Assembly (NCBI RefSeq): GCF_964355755.1
Contig: NC_092678.1
Location: 11,592,352 to 11,656,351 of the forward strand
Reading direction: 5' to 3'
Origin: Antedon mediterranea
Taxonomy: Eukaryota; Animalia; Echinodermata
DNA length: 64,000 nt
Below the pieces are notes generated by a model. It ran no database searches. It had not been told where the DNA came from and was given only the letters and a program-made list of their open reading frames with translations. Made by a program: the position numbers and the translations under genes. Shown here piece after piece: positions 52,465 to 64,000 of this stretch. Each line of letters opens with the position of its first letter. The first letter of the stretch is position 1.

Positions 52465-53100
52465 AAGATTAGCTACAATTGTATGAATAATATGAAACTG
52501 GTAATAGACAGTCACAACAAGAGAATACTCAACCAGCCCGAAACAACATCCGTGGAAAACACGCAAGAAAATAAAACATGCAACTGCCAACAGAAAGACA
52601 CATGCCCGCTTAACTTAAATTGCCTACAATCATCTATATACCAAGTCACAGCAACACGCATAAACAAACCCACTTCAGAAACTTAGAACTCACTGAAGAT
52701 GATTTTAAGACACAGTACAAAAACCACACCTAATCATTCCGGCATACAAGTTCTAGAAACTCAGTAAACATATTTGGACACTTGTCATCTTGATTATTTA
52801 TCATCTGCCACCCTGAATTATCAACAAACGTAACAAACTTTATTCCTCCAGCCGACACAGAAAGAAAGCATTAATATTACATTACAACTAAAATTCCAAA
52901 ACATAGCTCCTGTATGTGCTAATTCTACAAGTAAATGTGCTTATAAGCAACGTTGTAATTTAATTTTTTCATTAAAGTTTCCTGATGAGTGAGTCACACG
53001 ACTCACGAAACAGGCCTTAGACCAAACTGTAGTTTTTTCTCTTTTTCAGAATCAACACATATTTCAGCTCTACTTTACTGAACTTTTAGATTGAACATAA
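52465..53100 (+). mobile_element. Penelope-like element 3' relic (GIY-YIG endonuclease and pseudo-LTR)
   Basis: NMKLVIDSHNKRIL...CNCQQKDTCPLNLNCLQSSIYQVT, then after a frameshift LTEDDFKTQYKNHT*SFRH: typical PLE CCHH linker and GIY-YIG region. Confidence 0.8.
52975..53030 (+). ncRNA. Minimal type I hammerhead ribozyme motif (possibly degenerate)
   Basis: CTGATGA (52982-52988), stem II GTGAGTC-ACAC-GACTCAC, GAAAC, palindrome AGGCCT, then TA; located at the 3' end of a Penelope relic. Confidence 0.7.
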
Positions 53101-53803
53101 TATACTTAGAAACTCCTAAATTATGCGGGAAATATGTGTGTCTATATATGTGTTTCTATGTGTACAGATTGTACAAAATCGTAGGTACTTTAACGAGAAG
53201 AATACACTATATTTTTATTTTATAGTACTATTAAATTACCATTAGTGCATTAAGAACGTGATAAGATACGTGCATTTGAATAGTTCACATGGTATTAGAG
53301 AAATCTATATTCTTAAATCGACTTAGTTCGGAGTGACTATATTTAGTTGATGAGCTATGTATATTTACAAAGTGTGCAGTATTACATAGGCCTATATACT
53401 GTACTACAAATTAAGATTGTATTTAACAAATATGTGATGTGTTTTATTTGTAAAGATTCAGTTTTGTTGATTCATGTCCAAAAAAATTTTGGATACAAAT
53501 TTGGGATGGGATTGTATGTGTAACAAACTTCAAACAGAGCTCCATATTGTAAGAAAGATATGATTAGATGGTGTGCTGTAGCTGGTAGACACAATATGTT
53601 CTATTATAGAACATTTGAATACATGTAAAAATATACATTTATAAGCTAAAATAATCCAGCCCAGTATATTTACAATGTTTAGTAATAAGAACAAATACTG
53701 AAAAAAAAAAAGAGATCCGTTGCCAAAAGTATAGGATAGCATAACGGTAAAAACAAATCAGTTATACAACATTTAGCAAGACAAACAGCAGCAGGAGCCT
53801 ACA

Positions 53804-54125
53804 GTTTTTTTTATTTTATTTTTTTTTTATTCAATCGAAACCAACAGCGATAATTACCGCCACTAACAGGTTTGATACAAACAAAGCCAGGACTGTTTAA
53901 AGCACCTTGATTGGTCCTGACATTGATGAAGGGCTTCTCTCGTCCAGTGTCCACCTTGACCACAGGTCTGAGGCAGATACTAGATGCAGGGGCTGCCATA
54001 AGAGTTAGCAGTGCTGATTTCAAATGCCTAACGGGACCCCAGCAGCACCCGCTATTCCCAGATGGTCACCCATCCAAGCTCGAACCAGGCCCAACGTTGC
54101 TTAACTTCGGTGATCCGACGAGAAC
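53804..54125 (-). mobile_element. 5S rRNA-derived SINE (SINE3-like), 5'-truncated
   Basis: Minus strand GTTCTCGTCGGATCACCGAAGTTAAGCAACGTTGGGCCTGGTTCGAGCTTGGATGGGTGACCATCTGGGAATAGCGGGTGCTG matches 5S from about nt 31 onward. It is followed by ~190 bp of unrelated body, AATAAA and an A-rich tail. Confidence 0.82.
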
Positions 54126-55486
54126 AAAGTATATAGAACTATAGAAATCGACTGAACATGCAATATTTTAAGGTTTATGTAAAAAAGTAGCAACATGTTA
54201 TCAATTGCTGTCGCACTTGTCAATGGGTATGGCCCACTCCCATACAATAGCAAAGCAAGTAATTGTTTAAGCAATTCACAAAGCAACAGCCTACAAGAAG
54301 AATGATTTCATTCAAATTTTAGGTTTTTCATTATTAACTATGAGTTTCACGCTTTTTTTTTGGTACATGGGACACTGGAATAATTAAACCAAGTAAATAA
54401 GATTAAAGAAAATAATGAATGAATTGACCTATATGGTGAAACAGAAAAGCTTTAATTATCAGAAATAAAAGTTAAATTTATTAACAAATATTTGCTGTGT
54501 TAATGGTTGTATTTGATTGCCCAGTATTACCTCATACTTTAATTAATTCAGTTAAGCTAATATAATTATTTTACTTAGATAATTTTAATGTAACGCACAA
54601 AGTCGTACGGTTGACATAAAAACAAAACTCGCAATTTCAGCTGAATATTTGACCACTAACAAAAAACGCTGCTATCAATTTGATGCTACGCAATTTTTCA
54701 ATTTTTATATCTTTGTATTTTTATTGTTTACTTCTGTATGTTCAAGTGCAGTATATGTAGAACCATATTAATAGTGCTTTGCACTGATTTGAAAATTGAA
54801 TAAAATAAAATTTAAAAAATAAAATAAAAATATTATTATTTTGCATCCAAGATAAAAATGTCAGTGATGTAAACTGTGATTGGGTATTTCTAAAGTTTTT
54901 GAAGGTTTTTTGGGGTAATTCTCAACTAAAATGCATGTATCTTGAGATGGATATGGGCATGTTGAGTATATAGGAAACTTGACATACATAATAATATAGG
55001 AAACTGTAGCAGAGCATTGATATATTGACTATTGTAATGTAGATTAATGATGCCATTAGAGATCATCAAAAGCTTTTACTCATTAAAAGCAAATTGCTGA
55101 GGTAAATATCATGGTAACATATAACAGATCACGTTCAGCTGTGAGTAAAGATAGATCATATGCTTAAGATAATATTATGTATAGGACATTAGTAACACAC
55201 AGTAATAATATATACTATGACACAGATTGAAAAGCCAATGTTATGTTACATATTACTTATATTAATTTGTTGAGCTATAACTACTATATAAAATTAATTA
55301 ATCAAATTAAATGAGTTTTCCAAGTGAAGTATCATACAGTATTTTAAGTGATCGAAAGTGTTTTACGTAGTTACTGTCAACATCTATGTTCTTTATAGAA
55401 TTCTGTTTATTTTATGAATTGGTAAAATTTAAATTGATATAAAAGAAGCTTTATAAAAGTAATTTGTTAAAGTACAAAAGTTTTAC

Positions 55487-55601
55487 CATCATCTAAGTCT
55501 TCATATTTGGCTTTGTCATGTTTTTTAAATTGAGCAGCTGGGGCTTCACAACAGACACTTCGGCGGATCAACAAAGCGAGCACTAGGAAAACAATTGGAA
55601 G
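55487..55601 (-). CDS. MFSD4A: MFSD4A-like exon (most 5' exon found in the window)
   Basis: ttttccAG|LPIVFLVLALLIRRSVCCEAPAAQFKKHDKAKYEDLDD+G|GTAAAA; 115 nt, phase 0 to 1, in frame with the 52039 exon. Confidence 0.82.
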
Positions 55602-55929
55602 CTGGAAAATATAATAATGTTAAAATTAATAAAATTAAGCGTTTATAGTTTGCATCTACCGGTATATCCAAGTAAAAAGCATAAAAACAAATATATCAGG
55701 CAAATAATAGAAGAAAAATAGGATGAAACGACCAACAAGGAGAGTCATGATGATGGACGACAATCAACATAGTCAAAATGTCAAAATATAATTGAGGAAT
55801 GGTGATGATTGATGATGTTAATAATTATATATAAAAAAAAATTCATAGAACAATTAACAATTAAATATTTTACAATTAATAAATATTTAATTGTCTTTTG
55901 TTATGTACTAAAGTACTAAATCATAATAA

Positions 55930-56560
55930 TTCATTTTTGTTTATTTCATTGTAAATATAAAAATATAATATTTTTAAAACATTTTACAAACTCTTTATAA
56001 TACACAACTAACAATCAGCCATTGACCAAAGGTTGGCAAATGTATTAGAACTCTCAGAGTAGAAAATGCCAGTTTGCATCCATTGCTGAGAGATAATGCA
56101 CATAACCAAGACATTATTGGAGTGTTTAATTCTTAGTGAGAAGCCATAATAGATTTTATGATGGTGTCTTTGAAAGATAACAAACCATTACTAACAAACA
56201 TAACTGATGCACTATTGCGTCGTGCTAAATAAAGCATCATATGTAATGCATTATTGTAACAAACTTGAAGCTTCTTTAGAGTACCTCTATTGTAATTAGA
56301 TCATTGATTCACAATACCTATGTAAGCAGTATGATCTAAACAACATGCATTTAACCTTATCAGAACATTTAATAAACTTTCTAGCAATTAAGTTTGTTCT
56401 TATACTCGGAGATCGATAGTGCTGCATTATGTAAGCATCATCTTTTAGACCATTATGTGACCAAGGTACTGTGGTAACAAATTTAAATTGATTATTACAT
56501 AAAAATACTTCAGGATCACCCTTAAGCTTGCATCTTTTTGGACAAAATAACATGCATACA
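55930..56560 (-). mobile_element. Degenerate non-LTR retrotransposon RT C-terminal fragment
   Basis: RTNLIARKFIKCSDKVKCMLFRSYC motif, frameshifts and an AATAAA-type tail. Confidence 0.7.
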
Positions 56561-57023
56561 GATTTTAATATTTAAGTAAACCAAGGTATTTATATATATT
56601 TAATAAATATTTAACTCAAATTACATTGTTCACATAAAGAAAATGATTTATTTCAAAATGAAAGACATTGCACTAAAACTGTTTTATCAACATTTCATTT
56701 ATATCCTGAATTAAATTTAAAAGCGAATTTAATTCTGAAGTCCCATAAAAATGTACGTGTAAATGCAACTTAATATCACGCACGAAATCAAATTTACCAT
56801 CAGTCATCTTACATTACAAATACGCAAACAAGACTTACAAGAAACCATCATTCTGTAACATAAAACTTTTATGTAATATCAAATCAAGATCCAATTGTAA
56901 TGTAATTCTATTTTTTATGTTTATATTTGTATATGAATTTGCAATAGAAAGAAAGAAACTCTCTGTCAGTGAAAAATAACTAAAGAATAAAACTATAAAG
57001 AATGAAAACAAGTCACCAACGAA

Positions 57024-58408
57024 AATAAGCATCAGACACTCTACCACTGGTGCTTAAGGCTTATGTCAGACACTCTACCACTGGTGCTTAAGGCTTATGT
57101 CAGACACTCTACCACTGGTGCTTAAGGCTTATGTCAGACACCCTACCACTGGTGCTTAAGGCTTATGTCAGACACTCTACCACTGGTGCTTAAGGCTTAT
57201 GTCTAAATAAGCATCAGACACTCTACCACTGGTGCTTAAGGCTTATGTCAGACACTCTACCACTGGTGCTTAAGGCTTATGTCTAAATAAGCATCAGACA
57301 CTCTACCACTGGTGCTTAAGGCTTATGTCAGACACTCTACCACTGGTGCTTAAGGCTTATGTCAGACACTCTACCACTGGTGCTTAAGGCTTATGTCAGA
57401 CACTCTACCACTGGTGCTTAAGGCTTATGTCAGACACTCTACCACTGGTGCTTAAGGCTTATGTCAGACACTCTACCACTGGTGCTTAAGGCTTATGTCA
57501 GACACTCTACCACTGGTGCTTAAGGCTTATGTCAGACACTCTACCACTGGTGCTTAAGGCTTATGTCAGACACTCTACCACTGGTGCTTAAGGCTTATGT
57601 CAGACACTCTACCACTGGTGCTTAAGGCTTATGTCTAAATAAGCATCAGACACTCTACCACTGGTGCTTAAGGCTTATGTCAGACACTCTACCACTGGTG
57701 CTTAAGGCTTATGTCTAAATAAGCATCAGACACTCTACCACTGGTGCTTAAGGCTTATGTCAGACACTCTACCACTGGTGCTTAAGGCTTATGTCAGACA
57801 CTCTACCACTGGTGCTTAAGGCTTATGTCAGACACTCTACCACTGGTGCTTAAGGCTTATGTCAGACACTCTACCACTGGTGCTTAAGGCTTATGTCAGA
57901 CACTCTACCACTGGTGCTTAAGGCTTATGTCAGACACTCTACCACTGGTGCTTAAGGCTTATGTCAGACACTCTACCACTGGTGCTTAAGGCTTATGTCA
58001 GACACTCTACCACTAGTGCTTAAGGCTTATGTCAGACACTCTACCACTGGTGCTTAAGGCTTATGTCAGACACTCTACCACTGGTGCTTAAGGCTTATGT
58101 CAGACACTCTACCACTGGTGCTTAAGGCTTATGTCAGACACTCTACCACTGGTGCTTAAGGCTTATTTCAGACACTCTACCACTGGTGCTTAAGGCTTAT
58201 GTCAGACACTCTACCACTGGTGCTTAAGGCTTATGTCAGACACTCTACCACTGGTGCTTAAGGCTTATGTCAGATACTCTACCACTGGTGCTTAAGGCTT
58301 ATGTCAGACACTCTACCACTGGTGCTTAAGGCTTATGTCAGACACTCTACCACTGGTGCTTAAGGCTTATGTCAGACACTCTACCACTGGTGCTTAAGGC
58401 TTATGTCT
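57024..58408. repeat. Minisatellite, 34-bp unit TCAGACACTCTACCACTGGTGCTTAAGGCTTATG, ~39 copies, four with a 12-bp TCTAAATAAGCA insert
   Basis: Seen directly; inserts at ~57202, 57282, 57634 and 57714. Confidence 0.97.
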
Positions 58409-58655
58409 ATAAAGTATCATTTTATTTCAACCCCGTAAACCTTGAAATAAAGTTGAATAAATAAATAAATGTGAATGGAACATACTACTGGCCCACACAG
58501 TGAACACAACAGTTGGTATGCCCTCATCATATATTAATTTGATTGGAAAATGGTTGCTATCCCATTATAATCAATTATTCCAGGACTTTGAGATGGAAGA
58601 GGTTGCAGGATTGGCATTTATCAATCTTGCATTAAGATAGTTAGGAATTGCTTAA

Positions 58656-59283
58656 AGACATCTTCCCTATGTTTTTTAGATCTATTTTAAGATCACAAAC
58701 TATATTTAATGTAAAAATAATACTAAGGGTCCTATTGTGATAACTTTTTTCGTCTTTAAATAGTTAAAAATGTGAAAAATACGTCCAATCTAATAATTAT
58801 AGCGGCCCGCTATAAATCCCAAAATGCATTGCGCACGGATTGATATTTCTGTTTTTCTAACTGTAATTCACCCACTTTTTGATCGATTGTGAAGCCAAAA
58901 CAAATGGAAGACTCCTAACTCTTCAGCGAAAATACCAGCTTTTCCCCAATTTGTATCAACGAAGTCTGGCAAAAATAGAAAGACAATTAATGCAGATACA
59001 ACGTCAGGCTAGGTATATAGCTAGCGTACAATGTTCGTACGTTACCGATGTTTACCAGCTGCGCTAGGCCTTCAAAACTAAGTCTAGCTAGGCTAGGCCC
59101 AAAGACCGTCCACGAGAAGTCATGCGCTGCCAGCAACTTAGGTAGTGCATTGTTTCTCACTTTTTATCATAATTTACCATAAAACGTAAATTTAAGACAA
59201 GGAATGACCTGGTTTATAATGTTTTTAAAGTAATATATATGTATTATTTTTACAAAACGTCACAAATTGTAGGGAAGGTATCT
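58656..59283. mobile_element. Kolobok-like MITE
   Basis: TTAA|AGACATCTTCCCTA ... TAGGGAAGGTATCT|TTAA (14-bp TIR with 2 mismatches). Confidence 0.78.
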
Positions 59284-61000
59284 TTAAGCAAAAAGATTTA
59301 TTCATCAAAATATATCTTAAAAGATCTGTCAATAATATTGCACATGTATTATATCATATGATTGCTATAAAGAATATAAAGTGGTAGCAAGTAGCAAGTT
59401 ATGCTATTTTTAGACAATACATTTCATTCTCAAAACGCAGCCAGTCTGCTATGAAAGAATAAAGTCCGGTAGAAATCTCGGAATGCAGCAACGTGAATTT
59501 CACAAAAAGCTAATTTCAAAATTTGACAAATCAGATGGAATTCTTGGGCAGAGGTAATTGAACCAGAAATTTGGTATTTTTAACCAAACAGTCTATGTGA
59601 ACATAACATCCTGTGTATTATCTATCATGGCCTCTACATCAAACGTCATCAGGTTGGTGATGTCGTACATCTTAAACAACTTCTAATGAATTGTGTATGA
59701 CAATAACAAGTATTAATTATTAATATTATCATAATCTATTTTAAGAGAATTAATTACTTTTCAGTCTTATAAAAATCTCCTTTTTTATATCCGCTGACAT
59801 CATAATGTACAATAAATTATATTCCATTAACTTCTGGCACATAAAAACAATTTCGGAAGATTACTCTAGCTATTAAATTTCATTTGATAATGTTCAAAGC
59901 TTTTAAAGGCTTTAGTGTTAATCATTGAGTAACATACAAGATCAAATGTTTTGGTGTCTTTTATCTACTGAATGATCAAAAGTGAAATTAAACAGTACCC
60001 GGACATGTCACTAAAGTACGAAATGTGAGCAACAAGATCAACACATTTGTGACTCTTATTCTATTTAGAAAAAGCAGATGAGTGTTGTATGAAATGCATC
60101 AAAGTGATGCATTAGTATAGCTGTTAATATAGATCCATAGGTAATATAGGTTTAGGTTACATTTTGATGTAAATACACAATGATAGCTTACAATATTTCT
60201 AATACAGCGACTGTAGGCTACCAATTAAAGATTTAATAACAAAATACTAAATAAAGATATTGCTTCATTCATTCATAGCTCTTGGTGGATTAGAGGTTAA
60301 CCTTTTCAAACTAACATAAAAATAAAGGTACCGATGTTCTATTCATTGCAGCATGAAACCAGTATGCTGAAGAAGCCCAGAGGGCTTAATAATGAAAAAG
60401 AACTTATGTTGAAACAGTAATCTAGACCTTGGCTATCTCAATTTAATTTTGAACTTAAGGCATATTGCTAAAGTTGAGTTGTGTTTAAATAACACAAATG
60501 TAACATATGGATAACTCTTACTGAGTCACTTTCACAAACGCTTTCACATATTTGTATCAAGGTATCAATCTATATATAAATTTACAGCAAAGGGCCAAAT
60601 TCTGTAAATTGCGCGTTACTTTTACTCGATGGTATATAAAGTTAGTTCATATGTTCAGCACCGATTTTAAACACCAACCCTGTTTACTAATTAAGTTGAG
60701 TTGGATAGTTGATTGACGATTAAAACGAATTAAGGTTCAATGATTTTCCCCAAATAGGATCATGGTATACACTGTCTAATGGATGTCGATGCTGAAAAAT
60801 ACTCGCACACAATAAATACATACGGTTTTACTGTGTTTAGTGGTATATTATTTATAAAATAAAAATCTGGAGGCCTACACCACCAGAAAACATACAATGT
60901 TCATCTTTAAGACAAACCACCAAACATTCTAACCACCATAAATCAAGACACTCAACTGAATAACAGGAGATTGCAAGACTATTCAACCAGATTTAACTAA

Positions 61001-61684
61001 GGTCGTGTTCGTACGGTGGTTAAAATAAGCGCTTAATTTCACCCATGCCTCGGGTTATAAATTGAGCGTCGTTCGTACTTGAAATATTTAACCGCTTAAA
61101 TGCTTAATCGACGAATCACAAACCGAAAATTACGTTTTTTTACAACCTACGACCCCATTTTCGCGCGCTAGTTTCGTGTTGTATATTTTTTACTCGCGAT
61201 CTTTCTTTACAATAACAATTACTTGCTACCTTTTACACTGCTTATCCTTGCGACAAACCTTATGCCTCTTAACGCCGATAATCCTGCCGAAATATGCCTT
61301 CTCCTGACGACCATTATTTTACTCCTTGACGAAGAATTTGAGCCCAATGTTACACGAAACACCACCGACCAGCTAGGCCTACTAAGCGGTCTACACCAAC
61401 AAGGACAGCACCAGCTGACGATCGCTCTCGAAGCGTGTATGGTAGAGCTTCGTAGGAGAAATGACGGGCCTAGGCAGCGAACGTTTGTCAAAATTTGACA
61501 CAACGCCTCTATCGGAGATTTATTATCCTCGAAGGCCGAGTATAATTGGATTATCGCTGAAATAACCTGCAAATTTGGTGAACATTTTGCCTCGAATTTT
61601 TTGTAGCCTGAGGCAAAAGTTAATTGGGTCACGCGAACGGAAATCGGGAATAAGCTGGTATTTGCAACCCCTACGAACAGGCCC
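61001..61684. mobile_element. PIF/Harbinger-like MITE
   Basis: TAA TSD (60998-61000 and 61685-61687); TIR GGTCGTGTTCGTACGG / CCCTACGAACAGGCCC; GC-richer interior. Confidence 0.75.
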
Positions 61685-62239
61685 TAAGTCACTGTTCTCC
61701 AGTGGGAAATGATATTAACATACATTACAATTTTCTTCCTTCGAGTTCAGAGAACTTTGTACGGGCTTTAAATTTAAGGTTAATACTCAAGAAATTAGTC
61801 TGATCTAAAATCGGTTGCTATAATGTAAACTACAGTACACAGTTACCATAGTTAGTGTACTATTATTATTAACATATCCCTTTATGATGATGATACACTA
61901 TACCACACATAGTGTAGGTAACCATGGCGTTCCATTTTTTACGTATAATACACAATAGGTAGGCCTACACGGTTGTCTGGCGGTGTTCTTTGTACGAATC
62001 ATTCGTGCACCAGCTTGCTGTATGAGTACCATACACGCGTCAATGTGTTTATTTTTCAGGTGAAAATAGGTAATTCATTTGCAACTCTTTATTTACAGAC
62101 ACGTATCCCTCGACGTTGATCGTTGTAACAGTAACAGTATGTCTTTTCTTTTGTTTAATCTCGGCGACAATTACAACTGAATGAAGAGAAAATATGAAAT
62201 TTCGGGCGACGGCAAAGTTATAACATTTCATGCAGTACG

Positions 62240-62508
62240 CGCATTCTAGGGGCTGGAACAGTAAAGGTTTCTCTTCTGCAATCCCAGCATTTTGTTTGCT
62301 TTGTTAGTAATTTGGTTATATGGGTTGACCATTTTAAAGCATGACTGAGTTCAACACCTAGGTAAGGATGATGTTTTACCTCTTCAAGTGTGGAATTACC
62401 CACTTGGTATCTATTTATGATCGGTTTCTTATGTGTAGCTCTCATGGAAAGGCATTTAGCAGGATTGAAGGACATTTGCCAATCTTTTTCCCATTTCTTC
62501 AAAAGCAT
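62240..62508 (-). mobile_element. CR1-type RT fragment
   Basis: KWEKDWQMSFNPAKC...HPYLGVELSHALKWSTHI. Confidence 0.8.
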
Positions 62509-63727
62509 TCAAGTCTGACTAAGAAACTGACTGAGAAATCAGACTATGGCCTAAATTTATTTAGTAAACTTTTTTTAAACTTTTGGCAAAACAATATTTT
62601 TGCTAGCGTAAGTAGGGTGCTAAGAAACATGAAAATGTTTTTGAATATGGTCTATATCATTTGTGTACATTGTTTATTTTTTTTATTCCTGAACATTATA
62701 ATCAATATAAGATGGTGCCATATATGGACAGATACCTGCTAACTGTATTTATTACTAAATAAGTAGGCTATATTTTGAATTAATTTGCTAGCCCTCACAG
62801 TATGTTGAGTTATATTTAAAAAGAAAACGTGTATTGGTGATCAAGTGTAACATGTATTGGTGATCAAGTGTAACATTAATAGGTTTTTAAAAATGTATGT
62901 AAGCTATGTAATTAAGCATTGGCTATCATAATGTCATAATCTGTAGAAACACTCAAGTTTCAAGCAAGGAAAAGTAGAAACAATGTGGTTTTTGTAGTTG
63001 CCTGGCCCTAAAATGCCAGACAATTAAACATCTCATTATTATGCATTAGCAAAAGATTGTGACAGTGTGATAATCAGAAAAATTAACCATTTACATTTTT
63101 ATATCAGACCAATTAACTGCTAATACTATCACAATAGTAATTAGTTATCCGATTGAATATATATACTTTTTAATGAAATAATTGTATATTTGTGTGTAAA
63201 ACAACTATGTGATAAAAATACATTTTGCACATCAATTCTGCAATTACATTTTAGAACTTGATCAATTGTTAGGTAGTTGCATTAGCTTATAGGCCTATAG
63301 ACAAATATTTTGGAAATCATCTGTGAAATTAATGTTATATTATTTAATATATATCTAAATAGATTACATGTTAAAGGAGTTTACATAGCATTACTTGAAT
63401 GCCTTTGAGCCTGCTATAAATGAGCCCATGACAACATGATTCAAAAGTATTGCTATGTGAATTAATATAATGATCAATCGAAGATACATTATATAACCTA
63501 TCGTTACAAAGTTTTGTAATTTTAGACTTAAGTTTGAATATCAATAATGAATATTTTGTTAAGGTTATGTAGTTCATTACAAATGAAACCACAAATAGTA
63601 AGTATTTTTTGCATCTGTGTCTAAACTAGATATATATATCGAACTTGGGGAATTACTATTCATTTTGATCTTTGGAGAATACAATGCCCATTTCATCACT
63701 AAGTCCTGTACTATCACACAGTACTAT

Positions 63728-63856
63728 TACTGTCATGGTTATCACACATTCTAGTACTAGTACTGTCATGGTTATCACACATTCTAGTACTAGTACTGTC
63801 ATGGTTATCACACATTCTAGTACTAGTACTGTCATGGTTATCACACATTCTAGTAC
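63728..63856. repeat. 33-bp tandem repeat, ~4 copies
   Basis: TACTGTCATGGTTATCACACATTCTAGTACTAG. Confidence 0.92.
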
Positions 63857-64000
63857 CATTTCACACATCCTATACTACTGCACTACTGTCAAGGTAATAT
63901 CACACACGTCCTAGACGCAGAGTCCGGACACATTTCATGAGAGCAGTAACTAAGGTACTTAGGTTAAAACGGCACGGTCGGTACTGGCACCTATCACAGT

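Noticed and set aside
54040-54125. Functional 5S rRNA gene
   Set aside because: About 30 nt missing at the 5' end, substitutions, an insertion, and fusion to a polyadenylated body.
60340-60400. Second hammerhead (CTGAAGA-AGCCC-AGA-GGGCT)
   Set aside because: GAAA does not follow stem II (7 extra nt intervene) and there is no stem III; it looks like a LINE 3' hairpin remnant.
61219-61632. 137-aa and 91-aa ORFs as host genes
   Set aside because: They lie entirely inside the Harbinger-like MITE, have non-ATG starts and show no recognisable domain.
55602-64000. Further upstream MFSD4A exons (e.g. FLVQLPLP near 59540-59580)
   Set aside because: No segment with both splice sites and MFS-like sequence was found; the 5' half of the gene is presumed outside the window.

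Overview
AT-rich animal genomic DNA, probably an invertebrate deuterostome (inferred, not proven). It contains two convergent genes. On + is a compact ELK1/3/4 (TCF-subfamily ETS) gene with CDS 5250-5313 spliced to 5863-6884. On - are the last seven coding exons of an MFSD4A-type MFS transporter (55601 down to 22118), reconstructed by hand with GT-AG junctions and consistent phases; its 5' exons lie beyond the window. The rest is mostly mobile and repetitive DNA. This includes an intact single-ORF L2/CR1-group LINE with a hydrophobic leader, a 2A-like GDVSLNPGP motif, PHD, APE and RT; a 3.3-kb Academ-like foldback element carrying four ACCGGAAGT sites; and a nest of Helentron-like and Kolobok-like elements. 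There are also pogo-, Harbinger- and Mutator-like MITEs, a 5S-derived SINE, a tRNA-derived SINE, a Penelope relic with a hammerhead-ribozyme core, and about ten homogeneous minisatellites. No CRISPR or prokaryotic features were found. TE family names come from terminal structure and recalled motifs, not database searches.
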